A DNA stretch of 64,000 nucleotides from Hydrolagus affinis (taxonomy: Eukaryota), in contig JAAILG010001094.1 in NCBI GenBank assembly GCA_012026655.1, positions 1-64,000 on the forward strand. Direction: 5' to 3'. This document shows, piece after piece, positions 24,801 to 39,800 of the stretch (the stretch's first letter is position 1; every line of letters starts with the position of its first letter). The translations under genes and the position numbers were made by a program. The notes below the pieces were generated by a model. It was not told the origin of the DNA, searched no databases, and worked only from the letters and a program-made list of their open reading frames with translations.

Positions 24801-27800
24801 CTTAAATCCTGAATCTTGACCAATCCTTCTTCATTTTCTGATCACACCTTAAGTTGTTGTTGGTGTTGTTATGGGTCCTTTAGGAATGTTAGCTGACTAT
24901 TCTATTTGGAGAACATGCAATTTAAGAGCAGCTTCATTTGTAGTGGTGTCTGTGTAATCCCATAGAGTACCAACCAGTCTGTTGCGTGGCACGTGGCAGT
25001 TCCAATCCACTGTGGCAATCTTCTTGTCTTCTTGTCTAGCACATTAGCATTTTGTCAAATCCAAGTAAAGCCATTAACTGCAAACATGCCCATTTAACAT
25101 TTAAGAGGTGTTCATAGATAAGACAATGCCCAAGGTATCTGAAAAACTGTACAACCACAAATTTGTTTTCAAACAATTAGTATTTTTAACAGTTGCGTAA
25201 ATAATACCAAACCACCTTTCAAACTATGTGCTAGTGATGCATTTCTGTTTGATTTACTCTGTAGTCATTAAAGCAGCCATACTTATTCAGCGGTGGTACC
25301 GCCGCATTTTGGCACGAATCGAGATTAAACGTCGCTATGCCTGGAGCATCTTTCAATCCATTGAGTATTCTGGAGAACAAGATCAACTGCAGGTGACTTG
25401 TATTCACATTAAATGTGCAACAATGCAATCTAAACCGGGCCATTTAGCAAACTGCAAGTTGCTGACCGTACGCAATGGCAAGAACAGGTAAAAATAATGC
25501 GAACTTGCAAGAGAAGTTACCATCACAGGCACAGGCTTTTTTCCATAGAATCATAGATCTTTACAATGTAAAAGGAGACGATTCAGACCATCGAGTCTGC
25601 ACTTGCTCTCAGAGCAAGCTGTTCTTTCAATCATACTGCTCTTAACTCTTCACATCTCTATCTCGTTGCTGTTTTGTTACCAGAGATTTGCTTTCTAACT
25701 CTTTATCAGATATCTTGGATAAGGAATTGTAGGCAAATCCTAGAATTTCAGTCACAAACCAGGAATACTGGTAATTTCCAATTCGTGAATGCTCTACTTC
25801 CAACCCAAATGAATGTGGACACATGTAGACATGTACATTATGATATTGTGCTCTGTGCACTTCCACATTCATCTGATTTAACACATATTATCTTTCTTTG
25901 GTAGATTTTACCAAATCTTGTTCTTGAGCAGTTAAAAACAACTTTGAAAGTTTAATTTAATAGCGCACATTTAACACCGAGTTTTCTCTACAGCAAAGAA
26001 CACTCAGAGCAGAATCCCTCACTGCCACTATAGTGTTAAAGTAGTACAGGTAGCAACACTTAACGTTGCTTCGGTCAGCGTTGTTTCGTTAGTACGTTGC
26101 TGATACATAGGGAACATATATCCACTTAACGTTGTGATGTTCGCTACTACATCGTTTGCCAGCGGGTGGAAACAAACTACTATACTGTAGTTTGGGTAGC
26201 GTAGGCTACTGTCCGGTTTTCTGACACAGGGTCCATCCACAGTCTTAACATCTCCATTTTACGTTTGTGCGTAAGTGTGAGATTGGTAAAACATTTTTAC
26301 ATGATTTATTTGTGCAATCCTCTATAAATATGAGTAAAAAACGCCCAGGAAGTGACAGTTGTGAGTCTGGTAGTAAAAGAAACCAGGAAAACTATACTCT
26401 CAAAATGAAATTGGATATTTGAACTCATTTGGTGCTGTGAGTGTTAGGTTATTTAAATTTTTATATTTTACATTTACGTTTAAAATACATGTATTTCAAC
26501 ATATAAGTTTTTTTTTGAAACTTTTGATGAAAAACATCCCAAAGAGCCCAACTCCAATTTATATATCAATTCTTATGGGAAAAATGTGTTCGCTTGATGT
26601 CGTTTCGCTTAAAGTCGCACTTTTCTAGAACACAGCTACAATGTTCAGCGAGGAATAATTGTATTTGCTTTGTAGTTGATCATCGAGTGCATCTGCCAGC
26701 CACAGTTGCCGGCTGAAGGCTGCCTTTAATTAATTGGTCTGTGACTTTCTTTTACAGCTCTCTCACTTCTTTAATTTTTTGCTGGATGACTATCCTCACC
26801 TCAGTGGGCTAGACAATGGTGAGTAATAATCACCAGTTTTAGTCATTGTACAGTATTTGCAGACACAAAATGTACAATATTAATGCACCGGCATTTTTTG
26901 CTTTAAATTTTCTTAAAAGGAAAATGAATTCTTGGCATCAGAATGTATCTTTTAATACAAACATTTTGGAATTCTTTTCAAAGTGTAATTGTGCTTTTGG
27001 ATTTTTAGATAATGCTTTGGAAACAGACATTGTTTTGACAATATCTATGATATTTAACTATCACTGCCTTCAACATTCAGTCAGATCCTACCTTTTGCTA
27101 CAACAAATTGCATTTGTACAACACTTTTCATATCAAGAGGATATTTCAAAGCGCTTCATTACACAGCTAACTGGGAGCCCAAGCGGGTTGGGTATGTGGG
27201 ATCAACATTGTAGGAGAAAGAGGACTGAAAGTCAAGAATTTGGAAAATAAAATAGAATCACTAGGTTACCCAGGAGGGTGCAAATTTGGGGTTAGCTTTC
27301 TGGTAGTTGAGAAACAGAGAAAATAATAATAATATTACAGTACTTGCATTTGGCATAGCACCTTTGACGTGAGGAGAAAGTCCCAAAATGCTTGACAGGA
27401 TGTACAGTACAGTATTATAAAGTGGAGTGACTGTGTATTTTGTGGACGAAACAATGAGGAAAACAAGCACTTTATAGTTGAGGACTTTTATTTTCTGTTT
27501 ATTTTTCATTGTTAAAAGCTAAGGGTGAAAGGCCAATGTTGGCCAAAGGTCCTATGTAGATCTAACAATTGTAGAAGCATGATTGGTAAAAGAAAGGTAG
27601 TATTTTTAGCACAGCACTGATTGGGAAAGTCAGCTGGCTCAATATAGCTCAGAAAAGCCCATGGGAAGGAATCCTAGCTTGCAAGTGTAGTGCCTAATAG
27701 CTTCCTCAATCAATGTGTCACAGAGTCTAGGAGGGATCTCTCTCTCTAGGCTTGGTTCTTGGCATTAATTCAGAAGGTGTGAAAGTAGTTCAAATGCATG

Positions 27801-30800
27801 GCCTTAGCTCAAAAACTTCAGCAAGAAAATAGTCAAGGAAGACATTAAAACCTAAAGTGTTTGGAAATGTGGATGAGGAGACTGTAAATATGTCAAAACA
27901 ATTAATATTTCACAGAAGTTTTTGCCAGAATGGAACCCAACTTTAATAATAATAATCCTTGCCTTATCATGTCTTCTAGACATCTCAAAGCACTTCACAG
28001 AATATACTGTAATGTGAATTGACTGTGTATTTTGTGGGCGAAATGCAGCAACCAATTGCGCACAGCTGTGTTCCACAAACAATAGTGGATTGAAATGACC
28101 AATTTATTATTGTTTTTTTGAGGGATTATTATTAGGCGTGTGGAGTAAGGAAACTTGCCCAAGGTTTTGCCCTACCTGGAATTGAACATAGGTCTCCCAC
28201 TTGTAAGGCGAATGCTCTAACCACTGAGCTGCAGAACTCCACACAACTTTGAAAATATATTACAGGAGACTTAGTTACAAGCTTAATTTTCAATGAATGA
28301 GTAACCTTGTCAGTACATCACAAGATTGGTTTGGTTGAAGAAGGCACTTCGGCTAATCTGATCTCATCCCTCCAGAGTATCCACCCTAACATCTCCCATC
28401 ACAGTATCAATGAGTTTTATAAAATGAGCTTGACTTTGGACCAGAACTGTTGGTTATCTGTTTTTTCCACTATTGTGGAAGACGAAAGATTTGGTTGCTT
28501 ATAAAAAATTGTTTAATGAGGCAGATACATTAATAATTCTAGTTTCTGCTTGTAACTTTTCGCTTATGGGTTAGAATTCTGTGTGCTCAATAATTATTGT
28601 GCAAATCAATTCACAAACCAAAGTGGCTTTACTTTACAGTATATTCTGTGAAGCGTTTTGAGACGTCTAGAAGACATGATAAGGCACTATATCAAACGCA
28701 AGGACTATTATTATATATTTAACCTATACTGTATATATCTATATATATATATATATAAAATCCACTTTCAACTTAGGGGTCAGGTTTGATCCCGTTATCC
28801 CACATTCAGTCCCTGGCCAGGACCGCTTTCTTCCACCTCCGCCACATTGCCCGTCCCCAACAATACCTCACTCCACAAGCTACCAAAACCTTCGTCAACA
28901 CCTTTGTCACCTCTCTGCTAGACTACTCAAACACCCTCTTTACTAGTCTCCCTCCCGCCTGAGGCAAGCATGTGTAAATTGTTCTGTGAAAACTCTTTAG
29001 AGTTTGTTCACAAAAGTGACTGGGCTATTGGTGACATTCAGTGACTGGCAATATGAGGTTTTAATGTTGACACTTTCTAATTTGCACTTTATATTTATTT
29101 TATAGACCTGCTTTGCCAGCTGTTGAATCCAGCAGGGGACATGTCTGAAAATGCAGAGATAGAAGAAGTGCTAGAATATGAAAGGATTGAAATTCCCGCC
29201 TCATATACTGGGCCACGACTGTCGTTTCCCCTTTCACTTGTGGATGGCAATATGTTGCTTAAAGCATTTAAACACCAACAAGTGAGTCAATTTACCATCA
29301 CTGAGTGCTGTAGCTCAGTAGTTAGAGCACTCACCTCACAAGCGAGAGACCTGGGTTCGATTCCTGGCAGGGTGAAACCTTGAGCAAGTTTCCTTACTCC
29401 AGGTGCCTGATAGTAATCCCTCAAGAGAGAAAAATAATAATAATTGATTTGGTCAATCAATCCACAGCTGTTTCTGGGACGTTGCTGTGCTCAATTGGCT
29501 GCCACATTTTGCCCACAAATATTCTGTGAAGCACTTGAAGGTCTTGAAGAGGTCTTGAAGATCTGAAAAGCTTTATATCAAATGCAAGGATTATTATTAT
29601 TATAAGCAACTTAAAAGTTGTTTATTTATAGTTCAGATGTAGATATGCTATCAATATAAATGGGAATGGTAGGGGCATTCTGTGGAGGGAAGGAGACCAG
29701 TGTTGAATATTGAAAGTGGGCAATGAATAAATAGCCTGGAGTTTTGGCTCCATTTTGATAAAAAGATTAGTAAGGATCTGTACTGCAAGTTAGCCCATGA
29801 GATAGAGTGGGTAGTCTGAATTTCATGAGGTTAGCAGATGCTTTTTATCCAAAGGAAGAAGACCATTATTTAGAGACCAATGAGAGAGGTCAACACTTTA
29901 ACAAGAGGTTCTTCTTGAAATTAAGATTTTTGTTTAAAGATGCTTGTATTTTGAAGTTTGACCTGATGTTGCTAATTGTGATCCTCGACTCCTTGTTTCA
30001 GCAACTTCATGCTCGCTATGTTCTGCAGCTGCTGCATGAGACCAAGAAGCTCTTGAAACAGATTCCAAACATCACCCACTTGTCAACACACTTCTCCAAG
30101 GAGGTAACAGTTTGCGGTAAGGCTTGTTCAAATCCAAAGCTGTCCATTCCAAAATGCTAATGCTGTATCATGCTAGATAGATGTCTTTGGAGATACACCT
30201 TGGAAAATATTGAGTAAGCCACATTGCCACACTTTCTCAAGTGAAGAAAGTAATTAAAGTGTAAACTAAGAGGTCGACAGAAATAATAAGAGTTATAAAA
30301 AAGGCACCACAGGTACAACAATCCGAACTGCCGTGCTGTAAATTTCTATGGTACTATGAAATAAACCAAGAAATGGTGATTAGGTGACTTATTGAGTTAT
30401 AAAAGTCTACCAATTTTAGGAGAAAATGTTTATGTCCTGAGAACGAGAAAGAGATGATTCATTGAAGTTTGAAGCAAAACAAGGGCAATCGATGAAAGAA
30501 GAGGCTGCAGGATGGGATGTTTGAACTAGGAAGAAATAAGAGAGAAAAATTTGGGCAAAAAATGACTGCAGGGATGTTGTATGGAACTTGTAAATAGGGA
30601 AATTGGAGGAAAATCATTGATAGTCAAGGGCTCAGGCATGGATAATTATTTCTCTCTTAGCCAGGGAGAGTACAATAAGTCCTGGTTTAACATTCTGTCA
30701 ATCACTCTAATGTTTCTGACCCTTTCTATTCATAAACCCAGACCTATTGATGGAGAACTAGGACAAAATTTGAGCAATGATAATTAAACGATTTTTGGTT

Positions 30801-33800
30801 CTACTGCATGATATCTGAAAATATAAAAATCATAGGTTTTTTTTAGATTTATCTAATGATATTTAAAAAGTGTGTACTCTTAGTTTGACTAGTCAGTGTC
30901 CAGTGTTTACATCAGGGTCTAATTTGCAGGATGGGTTAGAAACCCATGTGCAAAATGTGCGGTTTGAGCAAATGTATACAAATTTAACGTCTAATTAACA
31001 AAGGTTGTAAAGAATTCCAGAATTAAAGTATCCATTGGTACAAGAGTCAAGGTCAGAATGACTCCTTCTGCATTCTAAACTTCTATGATTTTACAATTAT
31101 ATAATTTAGGGTACCTTTAATTCCCTTCATACACATGTGTTTGCACATGGTTAACCCAACTACAAGTATTGCATTTGAGTTATTAACCCAAATTAGATTG
31201 TATTGTTCATATACTGTGATCAAGCATAACAGGATTATATCAGCATTTTATATTTCATCATTTTCTTTCAGGAGATTTGCATGGGAAACTCGACGACCTT
31301 TTGTTAATATTCTACAAGGTAAGAAAACCACAGTAATCAATGAAATACTGCTTTTTAAAAAAATAAACTTCACTACAACCTTCCACCAGCTATCTTCCAA
31401 TACCTTGCCCAAGTGGCTACTCTTCATGTGTTGATGATAGTGAGTTCATATGTTCAACAATCTTACTTAATCTGTGTGAATGAATGTGATAAACCACTAC
31501 ACCCTGAAACTCGGGATGGCCCTTCCTTTATCCCTCCACCTTGCCCCTTCCTTCCCTATTATCAGGTTGAGCCTGAAGACCTTCCTGTTCGACTGTGCCT
31601 ACAGTCACATCCTCCTCCCCTGTCAAGCGCTCTGCTCTGGGACATTACTCTATGTGAGGGGCACTATAGAAATGCAAGATGTTGTTGTTGTTGTTGTTGA
31701 TAATGTATGAAACCCATTCATAAATTCATTCCTTTAAATGCAACTTCTGGTTTGAGAAAGAGACCTACTTGAAATTGACAAGCTCCCTCCATGTCAGTGT
31801 AATCAGAGGACTGCCGGCTGCTTTCAATTCTTTTTGCTATAATTCTTCTTTTTTTTCTTCCTCTTCCTTTTCCTTCCTCTTCTTCTATTGAATATTATTT
31901 TGTTGACAATTTGCAGGCTGAAGGACCACACGAGCAAAGGTTAAAAGAAATATCTGAAGAAATGGCTATTTGATGCCAAGCTTGACGTGCAATAGCTATT
32001 AAGTTGCACGAGGAAGAGAAGACAAGATGAGTTTGTTTCAGTTTCTCATTCCCACCTGCCCTGTTGATTTCTTTCTGCAGAATGGTCTTCCTACACCTGA
32101 GAAACCCTACGTATTTAATGGGGATTTTGTTGATAGAGGAAAAAATTCCATGGAAATTATAATAATCTTGTTTGCATTTCTTCTGATCTATCCAAATGAT
32201 TTACACCTAAACCGAGGAAATCACGAGGACTACATTATGAATTTAAGGTAAATATGATTTTATGTTTCTGTTAACAAGGTAAATGACTCCAGACTCATTC
32301 AATATATTATGTGTTTCACTTGAAGTAAGTGATCAGTCACTACCTGATTACTCACAAGATATTTTTAGTACTCTTTTATGCCTGAATAAAGATGATTAGG
32401 TATAAATTTTCTGCTTTCACGTATTTATAAATTAGAATGACAGGGTAAAGGTTACAATGTTTTAAGCTTTGGGTTGTATTACTTTACGCCAACATAAAGG
32501 CCTCCAAGTGACAGTGCACCCTCCTGTGAAATAACCTCTTTCTTTCACTCCTGGATCACTGCCAGGTGTGGAATCCTGTAGCTCACTGGTTAGAGCATTT
32601 GCCTCACAAGCGAGACAACTTATGGTTCGATTCTCGGGCAGTGCAAAACACGGGGCAAGTTTTCTTACTCCACACACCTCTGTTTACCCAACAGTCAGTA
32701 GGAACTCGGTTGTTAGTCAATTGTTTTTCTGGGTACAACAATCCCTTCAAAATACTAAATAAATAAAAATAATAATAATTTATTCACTTAATCCATGACT
32801 GTTTGTGGAACAATCGGCTACCATGTTTCGCTCACAGAATATGCAGTTAATTCACTTCACAGCATATTCTGTAAAGTGCTTTGAGAAGTCTCAAAGACGT
32901 GATAAGGCACTGTATCAGATGCAAGGATCATTATTCATTTCTTGGGAGAGGCAATTCTAGAGGTTAGTATTCCTGTAAACTCGAGCCATTAGATAGAGGG
33001 TTTCTCACCAGAGTTGCTAACCCACTCGCACCAGCAAGTTCCTTCTTTTTAAAACATAATTTTACATTTATTAAGTGAATGCAAAGACAGATGATTCAAA
33101 TAAATTTGCCATTTATGACGTCCTCCCGATGTGAAAGGCACTATACAAATGTAATTTTGGTGTTGTTGAGCAATGATGATTCAGGAAAAAATATTCCAGT
33201 CTGCCTACAGATTTGACACTAGATGTAGCTTGCTCAAAACCAATCATTACAAATGCAGTGCCTACAATTATACCCAAAGTGACGGTGTCCTTCAACTGAA
33301 CAATAATGCTTAGCAATTATTTTCAGAAGAATGTTTTTTGCAGAATTTTTTTTTGCTCAACAAAACTAAGCCAGTATTGCCTGTTATTCTGAATTGTTTC
33401 AGGTATGGTTTTGCAAAAGAAGTTGTGCAAAAGTATCAGGTAAGGAGTTTTCATTTTGTAAAGATATTAAGGTAAAAAAATCAGGTAACTATCACCAAGA
33501 TGAATGGGTTAGGGAATAGCTGTGAATTTGTTCATGTTACTTAATTGCCACTTGTGTACCTTAATATGAGACCATCTGAACTCCCTGTGTTGTTCCTCTG
33601 TTCCAATCAAACCATTCCTCCCAATCTGGTACTGGCTGCTCACGGGTTTAAAACACACATAGGAAACAAGCATATAGTCGAGTACAGTATTACCAGGCAC
33701 AAAACATTTTGTCAAAGTCCATTATCCATTGGATCATAGATTAGTAGATACAGTGTCCTGTAGCCTACCTTATTCCTCATATGGACCTTCTTAATCCAGA

Positions 33801-36800
33801 TTGTGTGTCAGTCAGAAGGTTGTGGATTCAAACTCAAATTGGGACTTAGAACTCATATAGTCCAAGATGACATTCGAACGCAGTGCTTGGGGTGTGCTGC
33901 ATTGTCAGAGGTACTATCCTTCGTATGAGGTCAAATGGACATTAAAGATTCTATGGCACTATTCAAAAAGGGAAGAGAAATTCTTCCAGTGTCCTGGCCA
34001 AAATAAATTGGCAGTTTGTTTCATGGCTTTCATTGGTTGCTGCATTTGCCCACATAACATTCAACCACTTTACAGTATATCCTGTGAAGCACTTTGAGAC
34101 ATCCTCCCAACATGAAAGGCTTGATGCCAAATGTAAGGACTGGTATTATTCAGTGTTGGAATGCTTTGTCAGAGTGAATCATGCTGAATTAACTACGGTA
34201 ATTAAAATATAAAAAATAACAAATCAAGCAATTTGATAATTATTAACTTGACTGTGAGTATGACAACCCACCGCTCAACTTTGGCATAATGGTTTGACTC
34301 GAAGTGGGTCTGAAACACTGAGAGAGAGGCATTTCATTGCTGGCTTAGAGGATACCAGTTTAACTCAACATTGGGGATGGGGTGGTAACTGTTGAATAAT
34401 TTGATAGCAGTTTTTTGGTGATATTGGATATCACTGGTGATATTTATCAAAACATGTCATTTTCTCACTTGTGTTTCTGATAATCCTTGCATTTGTTTTT
34501 GCACCTTATAATACTGTACATGCAAGCTGTTTTTGTATCATGTTGTCAGGATGTCTCAAAGCATTTCCCAGGATTTTCCTGTGAAGTATAATTGACTGAG
34601 AATTAGTAGGCAAACCAAGCAGCCATTGCGCTCACAGCAAATTATCTCTGTTGTAGTCAAACATTTAGATTTTCAAAATAAGAAACCAATAAGAAATAAT
34701 GTCACCATTCAATGCTTCTACTCTCCAAATTCTGAGGGGTATAAATACACATTTTTAAAGGCATAGTACTAAAATGTGAAGTACATTCATCAGAATTCAA
34801 TCCTAGAGCCTTCTGTCACAAATTCCTTGTAGCTCACCCACTAAAATATCTGGAAAGTTGTTTGAGGAAGTCTAATGCTCCAAGTAAATGCAGTCAGTAA
34901 GTCTTTTGATATAAGATGAGTTAATCATGTACAGTATACCAGACCGATGCTCCAAAATTATGATTTTGTTTAGTTTCATAGCCAAAGGATTCTACAACTG
35001 ACACAGGATGTTTTTAGTTGGCTGCCATTAGCAACAATAATTGACCATAAGGTGCTGGTTCTCCATGGCGGCATCTCTGACACAACAGATTTGGATAGTC
35101 TGGCTTTGATAGAAAGGTGCAAGGTGAGTACTAATGTTAATTTCAACCCCATGGCACATTATTGTCTTTATGAAATAAAATGCAAGTTCCACTCAAGCCA
35201 CTGTGCAATTGTATGAGACTCATAGTATCAGGCCATTCTATAGCACCTCGAAGGGATTGACAAAGAATATTCAATATGTATAATTTCTCACATACAGTAA
35301 TTTTGTTTAGTAAAACTGCAATATGTTCCCTGAAAATCACGTTTCTTTTTTGTAATTATAATTGATGAAATGCGTGTTGTTCTCATGTAATTCTGCTTTA
35401 GAAAGTCATAGGAAAGATTGAGGTGAAGAGAATCCTTTGGTTGGTTTTAATCTCACCTTCCAGAACGCCCACATGTATCATTTCCCCATTATAGTATCAA
35501 TCTGTTTCTAAATGAGTTCAGCTTTCAAGCAATCACACTTCCTTTCAGTGCCTTGGGATGTCTTCCCAACATGAAAGGCACACTGTACATGCAATTTTTG
35601 TTGTCGTTGTTGTTCGTGGTTCCAGTTGCTGATTACATTCAGTGTAAAGAAGAGATTCCTGGTCTTAATCCCCAAATTATCCTTTGCAAACATGTAATTT
35701 CTTATCCTACTATCTACGTGTACCTTACTTAAGTATTGTTCTTTCACACTCCCAATCCTTTTTCAATTCACAACTACATACATGGCGTCTCTTCTAAGGT
35801 ATCCAACCTGCCCACCCCCTCCGCTCAGTGTGTGGCCTGCTCCACATCCCCCGACCCACCCGCCCCACCATTGGCAGGCGAGCCTTCAGCCACTCTGCTC
35901 CCAACCTCTGGAACTCCATCCCGCAGTCCCTCCAACTCACCCCATCCCTGGCGTCCTTCAAGTCTCGCCTCAAGACTCTCCTCTTCGATGGACCCATCGG
36001 CGACTCCTAATCCCCCCCTTCCCTCCCCCCCCCCCACCCCGTTCTCAGCTCGGGTCTGAAGCAGTGACTAACCTGTACCTTGGGATGTCCTCCTGACGTG
36101 AAATGCATTATACAAGTGTCATTTTGTTGTTGTTTTTCTCACCCCAGCCACCACCGATTATAAAGCCCGAGCTGATCTAATTGTTCCTTAGGAAACATTC
36201 TTGTAACACTGGGGAACTGCTGTCTTGTGGCTTTTCATTGCATTGCCAAAACACTGTGATTGATAGCACAGGTTGAATAACCTATCCTGAATCCTTGAGA
36301 TCAATAACATTATCTGACCCTAGAGTGAAGGGGCTGGCTAACCACTGAAATCAAACATATTTCATTGAATGTTACTGTAAGGCTATATATGTATATTAAA
36401 CTTATAATGGACTGAGTGTTTCATTACCTATTTCTAATTTTACAGATAAAGTCAGCACTCAGGCCACCAAAAGCACATTTGGAAAGAAAGGATGAAAAGT
36501 CTCATAGAAGATCTGGCCTTGAAGAGCAACATTCACAACTACTGGACAGCAATGAGAATGTGCAAGAAGCACTGAAAACATGGAGTATTTCAAGAAACAA
36601 TGCATTCTGCTTAGAGAGACAGACATCAGGGTCATCAGTTTCATGCCATCACTACTTAAGTGAGGAAGAATTGCTCCCAGTTCATTTGAAGCACAAACCA
36701 GGGGAGCAACTATTGGATGGCAATGAGCTAAAGAGGCCCCAACACAATGAGTACTGCTCCACCACAATCTTAGAAGTGTCCCACCTGGACTGTGAAGTAC

Positions 36801-39800
36801 CGACTGCCAAAAAGGCAACCAGCATAGATAGCGATTGGAAGCAGGTGAGTGTAGAATGTATTTTGACCTTTTGCTTTTTCTCTTAAACATCTGGTAACAA
36901 ATGTTGATGCATTTATTTGGAGACATGGTCTTGAGGACAACTGCATGTATGATTAACACATGTATAAATCATCTCTTTGCAGATTATAGACATTCTTTGG
37001 AGTGACCCAAAAAGTCTAAATGGTTGTTTCCCAAACAGTTTCCGAGGGGGAGGATGTTACTTTGGACCAGACATCACAGAAAGAATTCTCAAAAAGTACA
37101 ACTTGAAGCTTTTGATAAGATCGCATGAATGTAAACAGGACGGCTATGAACTATGCCACGGTGGAAAGGTAAAGCAGGCATGCCTGTGCTTTTTCTGTGT
37201 ACTTGCAAAACTATTGCTTCGTTGCTTTTTTTAAAAAAAAAAACATGTGAGACGAAAGAACAGATGAATTGGCAAAGAGCTAAATAAATGAATCTTTTCA
37301 ATGCAGGTGGTCACTATTTTTTCTGCTTCCAATTACTATGAAGAGTGCAGCAATCGAGGGGCTTATATCAAGCTTGGACCTGACCTGGTGCCTCGTTTCA
37401 TCCAGTACCAAGTCAGCAAATCTACAAGAAAGATGACGCTCCGACAAAGGTGTGTACAACAGGAAAAGGTTATAGGATGCCACACCATTATTTGATTTTT
37501 ATTGAAACCTCTCTTCAACTGTGGGCAAAGTGAGCCCGCTTTTGTGGTGTCTCCTATCGTGTGCGCTGTAACTTTTATACAAACCTCCAGTCTGAATGAT
37601 TTTTTTTATTTGAAGGGTGGGCGTGATTGAAGCTTCTGCTCTAAAATCTCTTCAGGAAAAGCTCTTTGCTCACAGGTCAGAGCTTATCGTTGCCTTCAAA
37701 CAATTTGATGAGAATAACACAGGTAAAAACAAAGTAGACTTTTCAGTTATTTATTTATTTATTTATTTAGATTGCACTAAAAATAAGGTTGAATGTTTTC
37801 AATGGGGTGGGGACTAAAGTGGACTAAGAAGAGGGAAGAACAAAAAAAGGAGAAAATATAAGGTAAGTGACAGTGGAGTTTGTCAAGTACTATTCCTGAT
37901 GAAGTGTTCCAGGACTCTACCTCCCCATGATGGGGATCATATCAACACAAGTTGTTGTTTTTGTTTTAATAGTTTACTACTGTACTACCATATTATGAGC
38001 AGATAACATGCAGATAAAACAGAAATGGGAATCTCCATTGACTCCTCAGCATTATGAGAATTAAATTGATGGAATGATGGAATTTGCAGCAGAAAAATCA
38101 TAACCATGGACGTTAAAGAATAGAAATCTCAACACAGAAGGTGGTCATTTATGCCTATACAGTACTCCTAAATACACAGTAATTGCACTTTACAGTATAT
38201 CCTGTGAAACGCTTTGAAACAACAAAACAACTTCAATTTATATATCCCCCTCCATGCCGGACGGCGTCTCAGAGCGCTTCACGATAATGGATCCCGGGCC
38301 TGAGTAAGGGGGAGGGGAAAAAAGGTGACCAATGGCACGGTCAATAAGAAAGGTCTTCAGCTGAGACATCAAACTAGGAAGAGAGGGGACGAGGTGAAGG
38401 GAGTGAGGAAGGGAGTTCCAGAGCTTCGGGGCATAGTGGCTGAAGGCACGGTTGCCGATTGTGGAGCAGAGGATTCGGGGGACAAGGAGGAGACCAGAAC
38501 TGGAGGAGCGAAGGCAACGGGTGCTGTGTTGGGGAGAGGAGGTCAGAGAGGTAAGGGGGTGCAGAGGAGTGGAGAGATTTGAAAACAAGAGTGAGGATCA
38601 TGAATCAATCCTCTCTGGAACAGGGAGCCAGTAAAGTCTGGCAAGGACTGGGGTAATCGGGGAGCGAAGTTTGGTGCGAGACATCCTCCTGATGTGAAAG
38701 GCGCTATATTAAATGTAAGGATTATTATTATTACTCCAATCACATTCTCCTTTTTCCTCATTCCTTTTATATCTTCATTCTTCAAGACTTTGGTACAAAG
38801 GCTATTTGTGCTGTCACATTCCAGCTCCTAACAAAAGAATCATCCATCTTCCCTTTGAATAACAGCATGCAAATGTTGAGCTTTCAAATGTTAACATTAA
38901 ATCAGTACAATATTCAGCTGATGATGCTGTTGAATGCTCTTCACGTGCAAGTTCTGTACCAATGATCCTGTAATAATTCTCAAGTGTAAAGAACATGATT
39001 TGATTGTTTGATTAAAAATAGATATTTTGCTATGAAAAAGAAAATTGAAAATGGAATTCAGACCTAAGAGTCTTTCCCATCATAGAAGATTTCAAAAACA
39101 ATTTAAGTATTACCCTGGCATTGGCTAGCTTTGCCATGGAGAAGTTTGAAATCTTTCCTTACTTTACAGAATTTTATTTTTACATTGACATCGCACCACT
39201 TTAACATATACAAAATCCCAGTCAAATTTCACAAAATTATAGATCATGAAAATCTCAACCATTTGGCTCATTATTGTGCCTCAATCATTGTGCCTGTAAC
39301 TCCCCACTATCTTCTCCAACTAGCTACCCAGTTTAATCCCCTTCCCTGCCTCTTTCAGTACTCTTTTACATCTTCATTAAGATAGCATTCCCTTTAAAAT
39401 TGCTGTGATTCAATCACATGCAATAGCATCGTGCCCTCACTTGAGATCCACACATCGGTGTACTTTCCAGTCACTGGATAGAAATGAGCTGTGTGAATTT
39501 TGTTGATTTCCCCCTCCTTAACCCTGGATGCTATAGCACTTCGACAGCTGACTGTCCACCTGACTGAGCTCAGCTGGCACAGTACAAACCAGGGATTAAT
39601 CCTATGAATCTTCTTTCTCTGAATAGTTCATCTCATCAGATGGCAGTATTGATAATAATCCTTGCGTTTTATTTACGTCGTCGAGACGTCTCCAAACGCT
39701 TCACCAAATATATGGTAAAATTAGTGACTGTGTTTGCAAGATGTACAATTGCCGCCTGAATCTTTGGAGGAACCAAGGTGCTTGGTTTAAAAATCAAATA

